Of a stretch of 49,041 nucleotides of DNA, positions 9,188 through 19,122 are shown piece after piece. The DNA lies in the IMG/VR virus record IMGVR_UViG_3300042346_000870, positions 1 through 49,041 of that record. One strand, 5' to 3'. Under the pieces are notes generated by a model that was given only the letters and a program-made list of their open reading frames with translations, was not told where the DNA came from and did no database searches. The position numbers were made by a program, and so were the translations under genes. This DNA is from a virus (Duplodnaviria > Caudoviricetes). Every line of letters begins with the position of its first letter. Within the stretch, counting starts at the first letter, position 1.

Positions 9188-9649
9188 ATGAATAATATAA
9201 TTGAAAATATCATGGTATTTTGTGAGATAGAAACTCGCAAATTAATAGCAGAATTAGAACAAGAACGATTCGGACATCAAGGTGCTTTTAACGATCATGA
9301 AAAATGGGCTAATAATGCTTCTGATGTTATAAAAGACAAAGGAAGAAATCAACCTTTAGTCGATACTGGAAACCTTGAAAAACAGTTATCAACTGCAAGT
9401 AATTGGGATTTAAAACCAGTATTTAAAAATAATAGTTTACAGTTAGTAGTTAGCGATAATGAACAGTTTACAGACAAAAAATACGATAAATTAGATAAAG
9501 GCGGTTTATCCCCCGCATATACTAGTCCAAGGGGTAATAGGATGCGCGCAAGGAATTTACCTGCTAGACCATTTAAAGCATTCAGTGATTCCGATATTGA
9601 TTGGATAACAAATAAATTAGTACAGGCAATTCAGGAGAAATTTAATTGA
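9188..9649 (+). CDS. Virion morphogenesis / tail completion protein (Mu gpG-like)
   Basis: PLVDTGNL...NLPARPF signature. Confidence 0.75.
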   Translation: MNNIIENIMVFCEIETRKLIAELEQERFGHQGAFNDHEKWANNASDVIKDKGRNQPLVDTGNLEKQLSTASNWDLKPVFKNNSLQLVVSDNEQFTDKKYDKLDKGGLSPAYTSPRGNRMRARNLPARPFKAFSDSDIDWITNKLVQAIQEKFN

Positions 9650-10215
9650 CAAGTTTAACAAATGCACTTCCTTTAATTTGCGGAATTGACAATCAAATAT
9701 CTTTTGCTATAGTGGATTATTTTACTAATATTAATGTATGGACTAAACAAGTATTTCAGTCTTCTCAGTATGCTTATGGTAGAGATGATTTTACCTCTAA
9801 AAATAGACCAACATTGATATGCATACCTAAACGCTCTCACAAAAATAGTTTTGGATATTCACAAACAGGAATAATAGAATTACAATTGCATTTTAGTTTT
9901 CAGCAACAGCGTATTAATTTAGCACAGAATGTAATACAAATAGCTAATTTAATACAATTGATTAATCTTAATCAAAAATTAACACAATATGCGCAAACGG
10001 TTATGTACGGGTTATTTTGGATTGGCAAAGAATGCAATGCAGATTATACAAAAGTATATGCTAAAGAAGCAATTGTTACTCTTGAACTAGATTATAAAGT
10101 TGATTTACTAGCATACCAACGTGGCTTACAGTCGAATGGATTTGATATAACAAGCCCTGATGAACAGATATACCAAATTGCACAAACATTCTTAATGGAA
10201 AATGCACTTATTTAA
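9646..10215 (+). CDS. Putative tail terminator / neck protein
   Basis: Position immediately before the sheath gene; TTG start with AGGAG RBS. Confidence 0.45.
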   Translation: MTSLTNALPLICGIDNQISFAIVDYFTNINVWTKQVFQSSQYAYGRDDFTSKNRPTLICIPKRSHKNSFGYSQTGIIELQLHFSFQQQRINLAQNVIQIANLIQLINLNQKLTQYAQTVMYGLFWIGKECNADYTKVYAKEAIVTLELDYKVDLLAYQRGLQSNGFDITSPDEQIYQIAQTFLMENALI

Positions 10216-10226
10216 GGAGTAACTAT

Positions 10227-12059
10227 ATGGCTACTAATTTTATGCCATTTTTAAATGAAAATGTAGAGCTAACACCATCTGGCACTAGTAGTAATACTAG
10301 TAAGCAAGTGTTACTCTTTGGTCAAAGAATTACAGAGGGTGTACTAACTCCAGCATCAAATGGAAATACACAACCTAATTACTATATACCATGGGTGTTA
10401 CCATCTTTTAAAACTGGTAATGAAGCTTTGGCATATTTAAATACTTATGGTATTAAATCCCAAATTGGCTATAACTTTACTTTAATATTGCCACAACCAA
10501 CTGCAATTAATAGTGTATTAGGCAATACAGTATTAACATGGTCAACTGTTCCATATGGCTTTACTCAGTTAACAGATTTTAATTTGTCGGGTACATTAAC
10601 TCAAGGTATATTAAGTGGATCAGCAACCATAGCTACTATAAATAATGGCGTAGCTAGTTTAACTATCCAAAATATTGTGGCATTTAGCACCTCTGGGGGC
10701 AATATGACTCTTACAGGTGTTAATAATGTCCAATATCCAGACCCTAACGAAACTGACCCTATTGCTTTAATGGTATGGGATTTTTACCAAACAGCATTAT
10801 CTGCAGCATCTTCTGCTAATGGAGTACCTAATGCAATATTATCTATTACAAGTGATAGAGAAACCAGTATCACAGCTGTAGCAACTCCAATTGTATTAGG
10901 TGCGCCAGATGAAATAGACATTGAAACAGAAGAAACTACTGTTATCTACCCAGAAAATACTGTAGGATTAGGTTATTTACCTACAACAGCATATGGTAAT
11001 ACTATTGTATCTCAAAATGCAGCATCTGGTATATATGGTGGCTATTCAATCCAAAACGGTAATGTAGTAATTTCTATAACCGATGTAACAGGAACTTTCA
11101 TTGTAAGTGATCCAATCAGTATTGTATTAGATAATACTATAAATGCTTATACCTTCCTAGATGGAGTAGATATACATAGTTCAGTATTGCAATTCCCAAT
11201 TAATAATGCTACTAATATTAGTACTACACATGCAGATTATTATAATGGTAATACATTAATTAATGAACCAGCAGAAGCTAATAACGGGCATTACTTTACT
11301 TATGCAATTGCAGGAAATATAACATCATTGCCAAATCAAGTTAATAATCTTCCTATTGCAAACGACCAAACTAAAATACTTGTTACTTACCCATATGTAC
11401 AAAAATTCGGTAATATTCCTTATGACAATACTAATAGTAACGTAGCATCTGGACGTATAGCATCTTGTGTAGCTTATATGTTAGCAAATGGTGATGCTCC
11501 TTACCCTCCACTTATGTTATCTAGAATTAACCATTTACCAGTATCAAGCGTTGCATCTACTACTAGTTATTCAATAGCACAAAATAGTACAGGTAATGCA
11601 GCTGTTACAAGAGGATGGTTACCATTAGCTCCAAATAGTAATAATGTGGTGCAATTCTTACAATCTAATACAACGTTAACTACTTTGCCAGGAACTAATG
11701 TACCTGATATTGAATTTAGATATACTCATATTTGGGATTGTGTTAGAGATTTAAAACGCAACATAGCTCAATACTTCCAAATTATAAGAATATTGCCAGA
11801 TAATGCTGGTAGTGCATTAATATCTCCATCATTCTTAACTACATTTAAAAATGGTATTGTATCAATTTTATATACAGCACAAACGGCAGGAGTAGTACAA
11901 AATGTGGCTCTATATGCTGACTTAGTAACTGTAACGCAAGATCCTGATAATCCAAACCAGGTAGATGCTTATGTCCCTAGTCAAATAATTCCACAATTAA
12001 ACGGTGCTAATATATTAATAAATGTATTTAGTTCATTATATCAATTTAATGCAGCATAG
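10227..12059 (+). CDS. Contractile tail sheath protein
   Basis: KQVLLFGQ N-terminus, GWLPL...NTT, C-terminal QDPDNPNQVDAYVP motif of Mu gpL-like sheaths. Confidence 0.85.
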   Translation: MATNFMPFLNENVELTPSGTSSNTSKQVLLFGQRITEGVLTPASNGNTQPNYYIPWVLPSFKTGNEALAYLNTYGIKSQIGYNFTLILPQPTAINSVLGNTVLTWSTVPYGFTQLTDFNLSGTLTQGILSGSATIATINNGVASLTIQNIVAFSTSGGNMTLTGVNNVQYPDPNETDPIALMVWDFYQTALSAASSANGVPNAILSITSDRETSITAVATPIVLGAPDEIDIETEETTVIYPENTVGLGYLPTTAYGNTIVSQNAASGIYGGYSIQNGNVVISITDVTGTFIVSDPISIVLDNTINAYTFLDGVDIHSSVLQFPINNATNISTTHADYYNGNTLINEPAEANNGHYFTYAIAGNITSLPNQVNNLPIANDQTKILVTYPYVQKFGNIPYDNTNSNVASGRIASCVAYMLANGDAPYPPLMLSRINHLPVSSVASTTSYSIAQNSTGNAAVTRGWLPLAPNSNNVVQFLQSNTTLTTLPGTNVPDIEFRYTHIWDCVRDLKRNIAQYFQIIRILPDNAGSALISPSFLTTFKNGIVSILYTAQTAGVVQNVALYADLVTVTQDPDNPNQVDAYVPSQIIPQLNGANILINVFSSLYQFNAA

Positions 12060-12070
12060 GAGTAAATAAA

Positions 12071-12493
12071 ATGGCAACACAACAATTTCTTTATGATAGA
12101 GTAGCTATTTTAGCTGATGGAATAGAATATCTACCAGATGGTCAAATCCGTAGTTTTAGTATGCAAGCTGCTTATAATAATAGGTTACAACAAGGCATGA
12201 CATCCAATGGCGTAGCTACAGGTATAACTATTGGTAATAGGTCGGTAACTGTAAACTGGACAGAGTTTTTACCAACTAGTGGGGATTATTTAAATTTTAG
12301 AACATTTTGTATAGCAAATCCAAATACTGTATTTACTATTATTCCAATTACTTTAGCTGATGGAGTACCAGCTGGTCCTTCATTTACCATTGGTCCAGTA
12401 CAGCCTACTTCAATTAATATAAGCGCACCTAATGAAGGTGAAGTTATGGTACGTGATTGCTCATTTATAGCAATTGATTCATCTAATTTATAG
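12071..12493 (+). CDS. Tail tube protein
   Basis: 140 aa beta-rich ORF directly after the sheath gene. Confidence 0.75.
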   Translation: MATQQFLYDRVAILADGIEYLPDGQIRSFSMQAAYNNRLQQGMTSNGVATGITIGNRSVTVNWTEFLPTSGDYLNFRTFCIANPNTVFTIIPITLADGVPAGPSFTIGPVQPTSINISAPNEGEVMVRDCSFIAIDSSNL

Positions 12494-12503
12494 GAAATAA
12501 CAA

Positions 12504-13235
12504 ATGTCAAAATATAATTTTTTATTAACAGCTCCTACAGCATGGAGCAATTCAGTAAAATATAAAGTTCAAGCTGTTGCATTGGCAGCGGCTATTGGTG
12601 GCACATATGTATCATGTCCCGTGGTAACAGATGTAGGAATTACTTATTATGCATCAAATCCAGCAAATCAACCAACATTAGGAACTGCTCCCGCTAGTGA
12701 TGATGCGTGGTTAGTTTTAGGTGGGGAAAGTACGGCAGAAACTCTTGCGACTCCATTAACTGGGTTTGTGGCTACTTCTGGTACTCCAACTGCTACTAGC
12801 ACTATTCTACAATCTTTTAATAATATAGTATACCGTACTTATGCAGAAGTAGCAGGGATTGCTGTAACTGGAATAGCAAATGGCGTAATACCGTTTACAG
12901 GAAGCACTAATGCATCTTCTAGTAATATTACGGTTACCACTAATACTGGGGTAATTGCTTTGCCTTTAAATAAGATTTTTAAAGTTCAAGCATTTTTGTA
13001 TGTTACTTCCGCAGCAACTTCAGGCACTACATTAACAATTACTTCTACAAATTCTACTGTATTAAAAACTAATGTAGTAAGTATCGGCGCAGATGTAACA
13101 TCTGGAATTGTAATATTAAATGCTTATGTACAAACAACAGGAACAGCGGCACCTACAGTATCAATTACTGCTTCGGCAACTACTGGTACAGTATCAACTA
13201 CAGCTGAATCTACAATTACTATTGACGCGCAATAA
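12504..13235 (+). CDS. Short fibre or decoration-like structural protein
   Basis: T/A/S/G-rich; LTGFVATSGTPTATSTILQSFNNI fibre-type segment; beta-sandwich-like C-terminus. Confidence 0.4.
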   Translation: MSKYNFLLTAPTAWSNSVKYKVQAVALAAAIGGTYVSCPVVTDVGITYYASNPANQPTLGTAPASDDAWLVLGGESTAETLATPLTGFVATSGTPTATSTILQSFNNIVYRTYAEVAGIAVTGIANGVIPFTGSTNASSSNITVTTNTGVIALPLNKIFKVQAFLYVTSAATSGTTLTITSTNSTVLKTNVVSIGADVTSGIVILNAYVQTTGTAAPTVSITASATTGTVSTTAESTITIDAQ

Positions 13236-13249
13236 AGGAAGTATAGAAC

Positions 13250-13873
13250 ATGGATAAACAAAAAGTCATCGATGCAGTTAATAATATTCGTAATGTTCCT
13301 ATAGCAGATTTAAAAAAGGATCTGGTAGAAAACTCTAGCGGTACTAATTTTAAAGCATTAGCCCAATATAATGCTATGTTAGATAATATTACCATTGGAG
13401 CGCAGACAACGACTACTATTAATTATGCTGGTATAGATTGGACATTAAGATTATTAACGGCGGAAGAATATGTAAAAATCCGTATAGAAATGAACAATGA
13501 ATGCAAAAAGCATGAATGCTTCGATGACTTTTTTACCCATTATAACGGAATGACTAAAATATTAGCAAAAGCATTAACTCCATCACCATTTAAAACGGAA
13601 GGTAAAGCTTTATTTACAGAAGCAGATTTACGATTGATGAATTATGATGTATTGGATGCTTTATATATTCAATATGTGGAATTTACCCAATTAGCCACAC
13701 AAAAACCTACTGAATTTACTGCCGAAGAAGTTGATGCAATGGTGACTATTGCAAAAAAAAAGCCCGAACTTTTGAGGGAATACGCGCGTCCGAAATTGTT
13801 ACAAACAGCTCTTTGGTTTTTGAACTCATCACTACAGCTGGAGAAGATGCTAAAATTAGACACGAACAGCTAG
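13250..13873 (+). CDS. Tail assembly chaperone (G); -1 frameshift product (GT) ends at 13929
   Basis: Position before the tape measure; A AAA AAG at 13756-13762; -1 frame open for 55 codons to TAA 13927-13929. Confidence 0.8.
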   Translation: MDKQKVIDAVNNIRNVPIADLKKDLVENSSGTNFKALAQYNAMLDNITIGAQTTTTINYAGIDWTLRLLTAEEYVKIRIEMNNECKKHECFDDFFTHYNGMTKILAKALTPSPFKTEGKALFTEADLRLMNYDVLDALYIQYVEFTQLATQKPTEFTAEEVDAMVTIAKKKPELLREYARPKLLQTALWFLNSSLQLEKMLKLDTNS

Positions 13874-13915
13874 TATTTTTTAAATTATTAATCAATCGAA
13901 TTAGGCAAGAGTTAG

Positions 13916-15658
13916 ATGGCAGACCATAAAATAGATATTCAATTTAGCGGTAGTGGTTCAGGAATGGGTACAGGTGGTCCTGATTCCTCATTACAATTTT
14001 TAGCTAGTATATTAACTAAATTAAATGCTACTTTAGATAAATTGACTATTGCATCTAATAAAGTAGTACCAGGAGGTAGCACATCACAACCTCCAAAATT
14101 TTCACCATATGATATAAATAGTCAACCTTTCAAATCTACCACTAATGATTTTAGCAAAGCTGTAAATGATTTTAGCAAAGATTTAGAAAATACTTTTAAA
14201 GATTTAGGCAAAAAAGTAGGTTCCACATTAACTACTAGTGTAATGGCAGCTGTAGGAGTTACCGCATATAGACTGATTAGTAATGAAACTAATGCTATTA
14301 TGGGACAAGCGCAAACTACAGGACAATTTGGTGTTGCATCTATTCAAGGTAATGCTAATCAACAATTCGGTAATTATATTGGCAATTTATTTGATATAGA
14401 GAAAAATAGACAAATCCAACACAATTCAGCCGAAGCAGAAGGAATAGGTGGTGGAATAGGGGGTGCTGTATCAAGTATAGGAACGATAATTAAAGGCATT
14501 CCTGTAATTGGCGGAGTAGGAAGGTTAATAGAAAAAGGGGGGTTAGCTCTTGGTGCTGCTGGCGCTGCAACTGGTGGATATGCTGCTGCTAAATTAGCTA
14601 ATGCACAAATAGAACAACAGATGGCTATACGTTCGGCATTAGCTCAACGTGACGCTATGGCATCAGTAAGCGAATGGAAAACTGGGTTTAGTAGATTTGG
14701 ATTATCTAGGACAAATTACCAAATAGCAGGAAGTGATATAACGGGAGGTACGCCAATTTCAGCATCACTATCTGATGCATTTCAACAAAAATATGGACAA
14801 TCTCAGAATTATAACGCTATTTTAAATAACATAACGCCATATTTACAATCTAGCCCATTAGACAATAAACAAACAGGGGATTTAAATAAGACTTCTCAAA
14901 ATTTTTTAAAAGCTGGGTTTGCAGCACAAGATTTTGCAAGGCTTACTATACAAGCTAGTCAATATCAAGCATTAACAGGTAAAAACATACAAGGATTTTC
15001 AGAAGATATAAAACAAGCTAGGTCCAAGTTTGGTGATGTATTTGATAGCAGTGCTTCTCAGAATCAAATAAATTTAATGGCTATGGGTTATAATAAAAAC
15101 CAAGCCCAAAATATGGCATTTCAAGCTCAATATAATTCTAGCATTTTAGGTTCAGCAAATCAATTTATGTCACAAAGTATTCCAGATTGGTATAAAAACC
15201 AAGCTATTGGTAAAGCAGTTGGATTTGACATTAATAAAAGTTTACAAACTGGTCATATTGCAGGAGCAAGTAAAGAAACTGAAAAAGAATTAAATAGAGA
15301 ATTACAAGCTTTTGAAAATGGAGTAGACCCATTAAGTTTACCCAAATTAACGTTATTAATGGGTTCGGGAGTAATGAATCCATCAAAATTAGCCGAATTA
15401 ACCCGTAAACAAATAGAGCCATTATCAAATACCGTTAACGAAAAAAGTTCATTATCTCCTGCGCAATCTATGGGACAAGATATTGTAAATACAATTCAAA
15501 ATGGATTGACAAATGTTAATACTATGAATGTCACAGCTCAAAGTATTAATATAACAGGAAATATTAATACTTCACATAACACTCAACGTAATGAAGGTGG
15601 TGCAGTTATGACTATGCCACCGAATGCGCATACTGCATCGCATTCGGCGGGAAAGTAA
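13916..15658 (+). CDS. Tape measure protein
   Basis: 580 aa, A/G/Q-rich helical, hydrophobic Gly-Ala segments, follows the chaperone. Confidence 0.85.
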   Translation: MADHKIDIQFSGSGSGMGTGGPDSSLQFLASILTKLNATLDKLTIASNKVVPGGSTSQPPKFSPYDINSQPFKSTTNDFSKAVNDFSKDLENTFKDLGKKVGSTLTTSVMAAVGVTAYRLISNETNAIMGQAQTTGQFGVASIQGNANQQFGNYIGNLFDIEKNRQIQHNSAEAEGIGGGIGGAVSSIGTIIKGIPVIGGVGRLIEKGGLALGAAGAATGGYAAAKLANAQIEQQMAIRSALAQRDAMASVSEWKTGFSRFGLSRTNYQIAGSDITGGTPISASLSDAFQQKYGQSQNYNAILNNITPYLQSSPLDNKQTGDLNKTSQNFLKAGFAAQDFARLTIQASQYQALTGKNIQGFSEDIKQARSKFGDVFDSSASQNQINLMAMGYNKNQAQNMAFQAQYNSSILGSANQFMSQSIPDWYKNQAIGKAVGFDINKSLQTGHIAGASKETEKELNRELQAFENGVDPLSLPKLTLLMGSGVMNPSKLAELTRKQIEPLSNTVNEKSSLSPAQSMGQDIVNTIQNGLTNVNTMNVTAQSINITGNINTSHNTQRNEGGAVMTMPPNAHTASHSAGK

Positions 15659-15697
15659 TACCGCAATATATAGAAAATTCCATATCTCGTATTGCGG
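15649..15697 (+). promoter_or_regulatory. Predicted -1 programmed ribosomal frameshift signal (G GGA AAG, 5-nt spacer, stem-loop)
   Basis: Heptamer occupies the last TMP codons; CCGCAATA 15661-15668 pairs with TATTGCGG 15690-15697; -1 frame is the transglycosylase frame. Confidence 0.7.
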
Positions 15698-16053
15698 CTA
15701 TGGTAGGAATAAATAGAAATGCCTTAGAAAGAGTAATATTTAATGAGAGCCGTGGCAATCCATATGTAGGAATGGATAAAAGTAATTATTCAGCTGGGAT
15801 AGCTCAGATAAGCAGGACAGTATGGAAGACATACAGTAAATTACCGTATGAAGAATCGGCAAATGCTAAATATTATGAACAAAATATTACAATTGCTGCA
15901 CAGTATTTAAAAATGTTATATAATAGGTTTGGTAATTGGAAAGAAGCATTGCAAGCTTATAATGTAGGTCCTACAGCATTAACACAAATAAAAGCAGGAT
16001 TACGAAAATTACCAAAAATTACCCAACGATATACCCAGAATTTTAAAGGATAG
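15655..16053 (+). CDS. Lytic transglycosylase (SLT) domain, probably made as a TMP fusion (track start 15700)
   Basis: Catalytic ES motif IFNESRGNP, AGIAQI, ALQAYNVGP; frame open upstream of ATG 15700. Confidence 0.85.
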   Translation, partial: VIPQYIENSISRIAAMVGINRNALERVIFNESRGNPYVGMDKSNYSAGIAQISRTVWKTYSKLPYEESANAKYYEQNITIAAQYLKMLYNRFGNWKEALQAYNVGPTALTQIKAGLRKLPKITQRYTQNFKG

Positions 16054-16057
16054 ATTT

Positions 16058-17425
16058 ATGCGCAATATAAGTATCAAGATTTATCCAAGATTAAACACTA
16101 GAGATATTCAATATTATTTTACTTCCGATAATGTGTTAAATGATTTACCCAAATTTGATGCAACAGATATTAATCCTGATGTAAGTAGTTTGTATCAATT
16201 TGTAAATATGTCATTAAATTATTCTATTCAATCATCAAATATAACTAGTAGCATAGTATTATCATTAAATACAACTCTTGCAGGTGGAAATACTATTAGG
16301 TCAGGTCAATATATAGAAATAACGGATAACGGCAGATTTATATTTCAGGGTGTAATGTTATCTTGTCAATATCAACAAACTTTGGTAGGTAATAATAGTA
16401 TTGGTGGCATATATTTAATGGCAACAATAGTGCCATCTTTATATCAATTAACTTTATTACCAATGCTGTTTGATTCAATCCAGAAGTCCCAAATAGATGG
16501 ATTATTGGGAATTGATACAACTAGTATTTTAGTAGGAGAAGTAGCGCAACAAATATCTACGCAAACTTTATTAGATTATATGATCACCAATACTGATTAT
16601 CAAACTTTTTTTAAAAGAGCAATTAGAGCATCTGGTTTACCTGAAAACGTATTTTTAATGGCTACATCTGGACAAAATAGGGATTCAGTTTTACGAACTA
16701 GTATAGATTTTACCAATACTGTATTATTTCAAAAAGAAAATGGAGAAATAAACATAAGGCAATTAGATGCTAAAATAAAAGCTCCTTTTAATATTAATAT
16801 TGGTGACAGATTTGATATAGAAAGCGGAATATATCCTAATGTATTGGAATTTACATATTTAGATAATGCCGCAGTAACCCCTGCTGTAGTAAACAGTTAT
16901 TCTATATTAACACCTAACTTAAGTGTGTCAGCTGATACACAAAGTAATTTTATTAGTTATAAACCTAACCCTAAATTCTTTTTACGAGTTAAACAATTAC
17001 AAGATACTGGATGGTTTAGTGGGCAAATTAATCATACGCCAATTAATACTAACATAGTACAAGATCCTACAATTAGGACTATATTATCTGGGGTTCAAAC
17101 AATTCCTGATCAATATATGCTAAGTTCAGCTCAATCTGGGGCTAAACAAGATTACATAACTTCATACCAACAATTAATGCTCGGTAAGACAATGGGGCAA
17201 GCATTAACTGGGTATGCTGGATTAGAATGCTTAATATCTATAGATGATAAATATTTAGAAAATGTAGATACCCAAGATTTATTGGGTACATGTGTAGATA
17301 TTTTAAACTGTGATATGGCAAGTGGGATTATAGCCACATATAATCGAAGCTATTCATTAGATGGAAGTTATATATCTTTAAATATTGTACCTCTCGGAAG
17401 TTGTACAGGATATTGGACTAATTAA
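16058..17425 (+). CDS. Putative baseplate hub protein (Mu gp44-like)
   Basis: 455 aa after TMP/SLT; GQYIEITDNGRFIFQG and LFQKENGEINIR patterns. Confidence 0.55.
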   Translation: MRNISIKIYPRLNTRDIQYYFTSDNVLNDLPKFDATDINPDVSSLYQFVNMSLNYSIQSSNITSSIVLSLNTTLAGGNTIRSGQYIEITDNGRFIFQGVMLSCQYQQTLVGNNSIGGIYLMATIVPSLYQLTLLPMLFDSIQKSQIDGLLGIDTTSILVGEVAQQISTQTLLDYMITNTDYQTFFKRAIRASGLPENVFLMATSGQNRDSVLRTSIDFTNTVLFQKENGEINIRQLDAKIKAPFNINIGDRFDIESGIYPNVLEFTYLDNAAVTPAVVNSYSILTPNLSVSADTQSNFISYKPNPKFFLRVKQLQDTGWFSGQINHTPINTNIVQDPTIRTILSGVQTIPDQYMLSSAQSGAKQDYITSYQQLMLGKTMGQALTGYAGLECLISIDDKYLENVDTQDLLGTCVDILNCDMASGIIATYNRSYSLDGSYISLNIVPLGSCTGYWTN

Positions 17426-17427
17426 AA

Positions 17428-17456
17428 TTGCATATTAGTTAAAAATATGTTAAAAT
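17428..17456 (+). promoter_or_regulatory. Sigma70-like promoter for the baseplate and fibre genes
   Basis: TTGCAT-N17-TAAAAT with TG extension. Confidence 0.5.
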
Positions 17457-17473
17457 AAAGCAAAATATTTAAT

Positions 17474-17488
17474 ACGCAGTGATTGCGA
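17474..17488 (+). promoter_or_regulatory. 15-nt hairpin motif ACGCAGTGATTGCGA (copy 2)
   Basis: Identical to 2430-2444. Confidence 0.65.
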
Positions 17489-17503
17489 ATGGAATAGGTA
17501 ATA

Positions 17504-17869
17504 ATGATAACAAGGTCGCCTTTAATTGCTAATGGTGAATTAGCATTAAATTCTAGCGGGGATTTAGTCTCTGCTCCTGATATACAAACTCAACTGGCAG
17601 TATCTTTAACTGCTTATAATTGTATTTATGACTACAGCATTAATAGTCTATTAATTACTTATCTATTTAGCATTCCTCCTGGTGGGATTCAACAAAATAC
17701 AATAAAAAATATTATTGTATCTGCATATCAAATTCTTATTACTGCAAATATTATAACTGATTTAGCAATAGCTATAATACCAGTTACTCAAAATTATATA
17801 ACAATTAAAATTAGAGCCGTTGATACTAACGGACAAAATGTAAGTTTGACGTGGGATAATGCACAATGA
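17504..17869 (+). CDS. Baseplate wedge / sheath initiator (gp25 / Mu gp46-like)
   Basis: 121 aa, ELALNSSGDL N-terminus, directly before the J-like gene. Confidence 0.6.
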   Translation: MITRSPLIANGELALNSSGDLVSAPDIQTQLAVSLTAYNCIYDYSINSLLITYLFSIPPGGIQQNTIKNIIVSAYQILITANIITDLAIAIIPVTQNYITIKIRAVDTNGQNVSLTWDNAQ

Positions 17870-19122
17870 ATAATAACTCAATTACAATAGCAAGCTTAAA
17901 AAGTCAATATCAGACTTATTTACAACCAGAAAATTCATCAATTAATGCGTTTGCTCCTAATTCATTTTGGGATATTGACGCAGGTGCAATGGCAGCAATA
18001 TTATTAGACTTATATATGAATCTGCAAACAGTACAGAATTCAATATATCCTCAATATGCAGTTGGTGATCAGGTTGACCAATGGTTGTACTCTCGTGGAT
18101 TAGTAGCACGTATTGGTGCTACTTATGGGATTGCTTATTGTTTTATCGATAGCACTACTCCAACTACTATAGAACAAGGAACAATCTTTGCAAATTCAAG
18201 TACCCAATTTCAGACGCTATCCACTGTTACAGTCCCTAATGGTTCAACCTTAGTTGCATTATATACTTTAACTGCTGGTACAGGTGTAGTACTTCCAACA
18301 GGTGCGCAATTAAATTTAACATCAACAACAACTGCACAAACCGCAGTAATACAGAATGTAGCAAGTGGGCAATTAGAAGAATCAGACCAAAGTTGTATAA
18401 CAAGAATTTTACAATCAATTAGAGTTCCACAGGCTGGTGCAAGAACTACTGATTATTTCCAGTTTGCATTACAAGCAGATACTCAGGTTACTTTTGCAAT
18501 AATATTACCATCTTTTATTATAGTAAGTGGAGTAGGACAATTAGGGGTATTTCCATTGATTGGTTCATCAATTACACCATATGATTTAGACCAAGGGTTA
18601 GCATCTGGAGTATATATACCTTACACAAGGGAAGCAGATATTACCGTTTTAGATAAAGTGCGAGATTATATAAATAGCCAAAGATTAGTAGGTTTGACAG
18701 TGGATGTATTCCCATGTGAAACTTATACAATATCACCATTTGAAGTGCAAATATCGTTAGCTATAGGGTATGAATTATCTACGCTAATAACAATAAATAC
18801 TCAAACTATTGGCTTTGAACCTACAACAGCTGTTTTTACTGTTGAGCAATTGGTTAAGCGTCAAGTAAGAAGTGCTATATGTAATCAACAATTTGGTGCT
18901 ACTAATATAAATAATACTCAAAATTATATAACCATTGATAGTTTACTATATTCATTGAATCAGGATTTATCAGCATTAAACGGAAGTATTGCGCAAATAT
19001 TAACTAATGCTGTATTCTCCATTGGAGATATTGCAGTTCCTAATCAAGATGCATTTAATAATAAAATACAATATACTTACGATGTAGCAGCATATAGTTC
19101 AATTTCGGTAGTATTAGCATGA
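17866..19122 (+). CDS. Baseplate J-like protein (Mu gp47)
   Basis: YPQYAVGDQVDQW..RGLVAR and GQLEESDQ...RIL...AGARTTDY motifs. Confidence 0.85.
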   Translation: MNNNSITIASLKSQYQTYLQPENSSINAFAPNSFWDIDAGAMAAILLDLYMNLQTVQNSIYPQYAVGDQVDQWLYSRGLVARIGATYGIAYCFIDSTTPTTIEQGTIFANSSTQFQTLSTVTVPNGSTLVALYTLTAGTGVVLPTGAQLNLTSTTTAQTAVIQNVASGQLEESDQSCITRILQSIRVPQAGARTTDYFQFALQADTQVTFAIILPSFIIVSGVGQLGVFPLIGSSITPYDLDQGLASGVYIPYTREADITVLDKVRDYINSQRLVGLTVDVFPCETYTISPFEVQISLAIGYELSTLITINTQTIGFEPTTAVFTVEQLVKRQVRSAICNQQFGATNINNTQNYITIDSLLYSLNQDLSALNGSIAQILTNAVFSIGDIAVPNQDAFNNKIQYTYDVAAYSSISVVLA

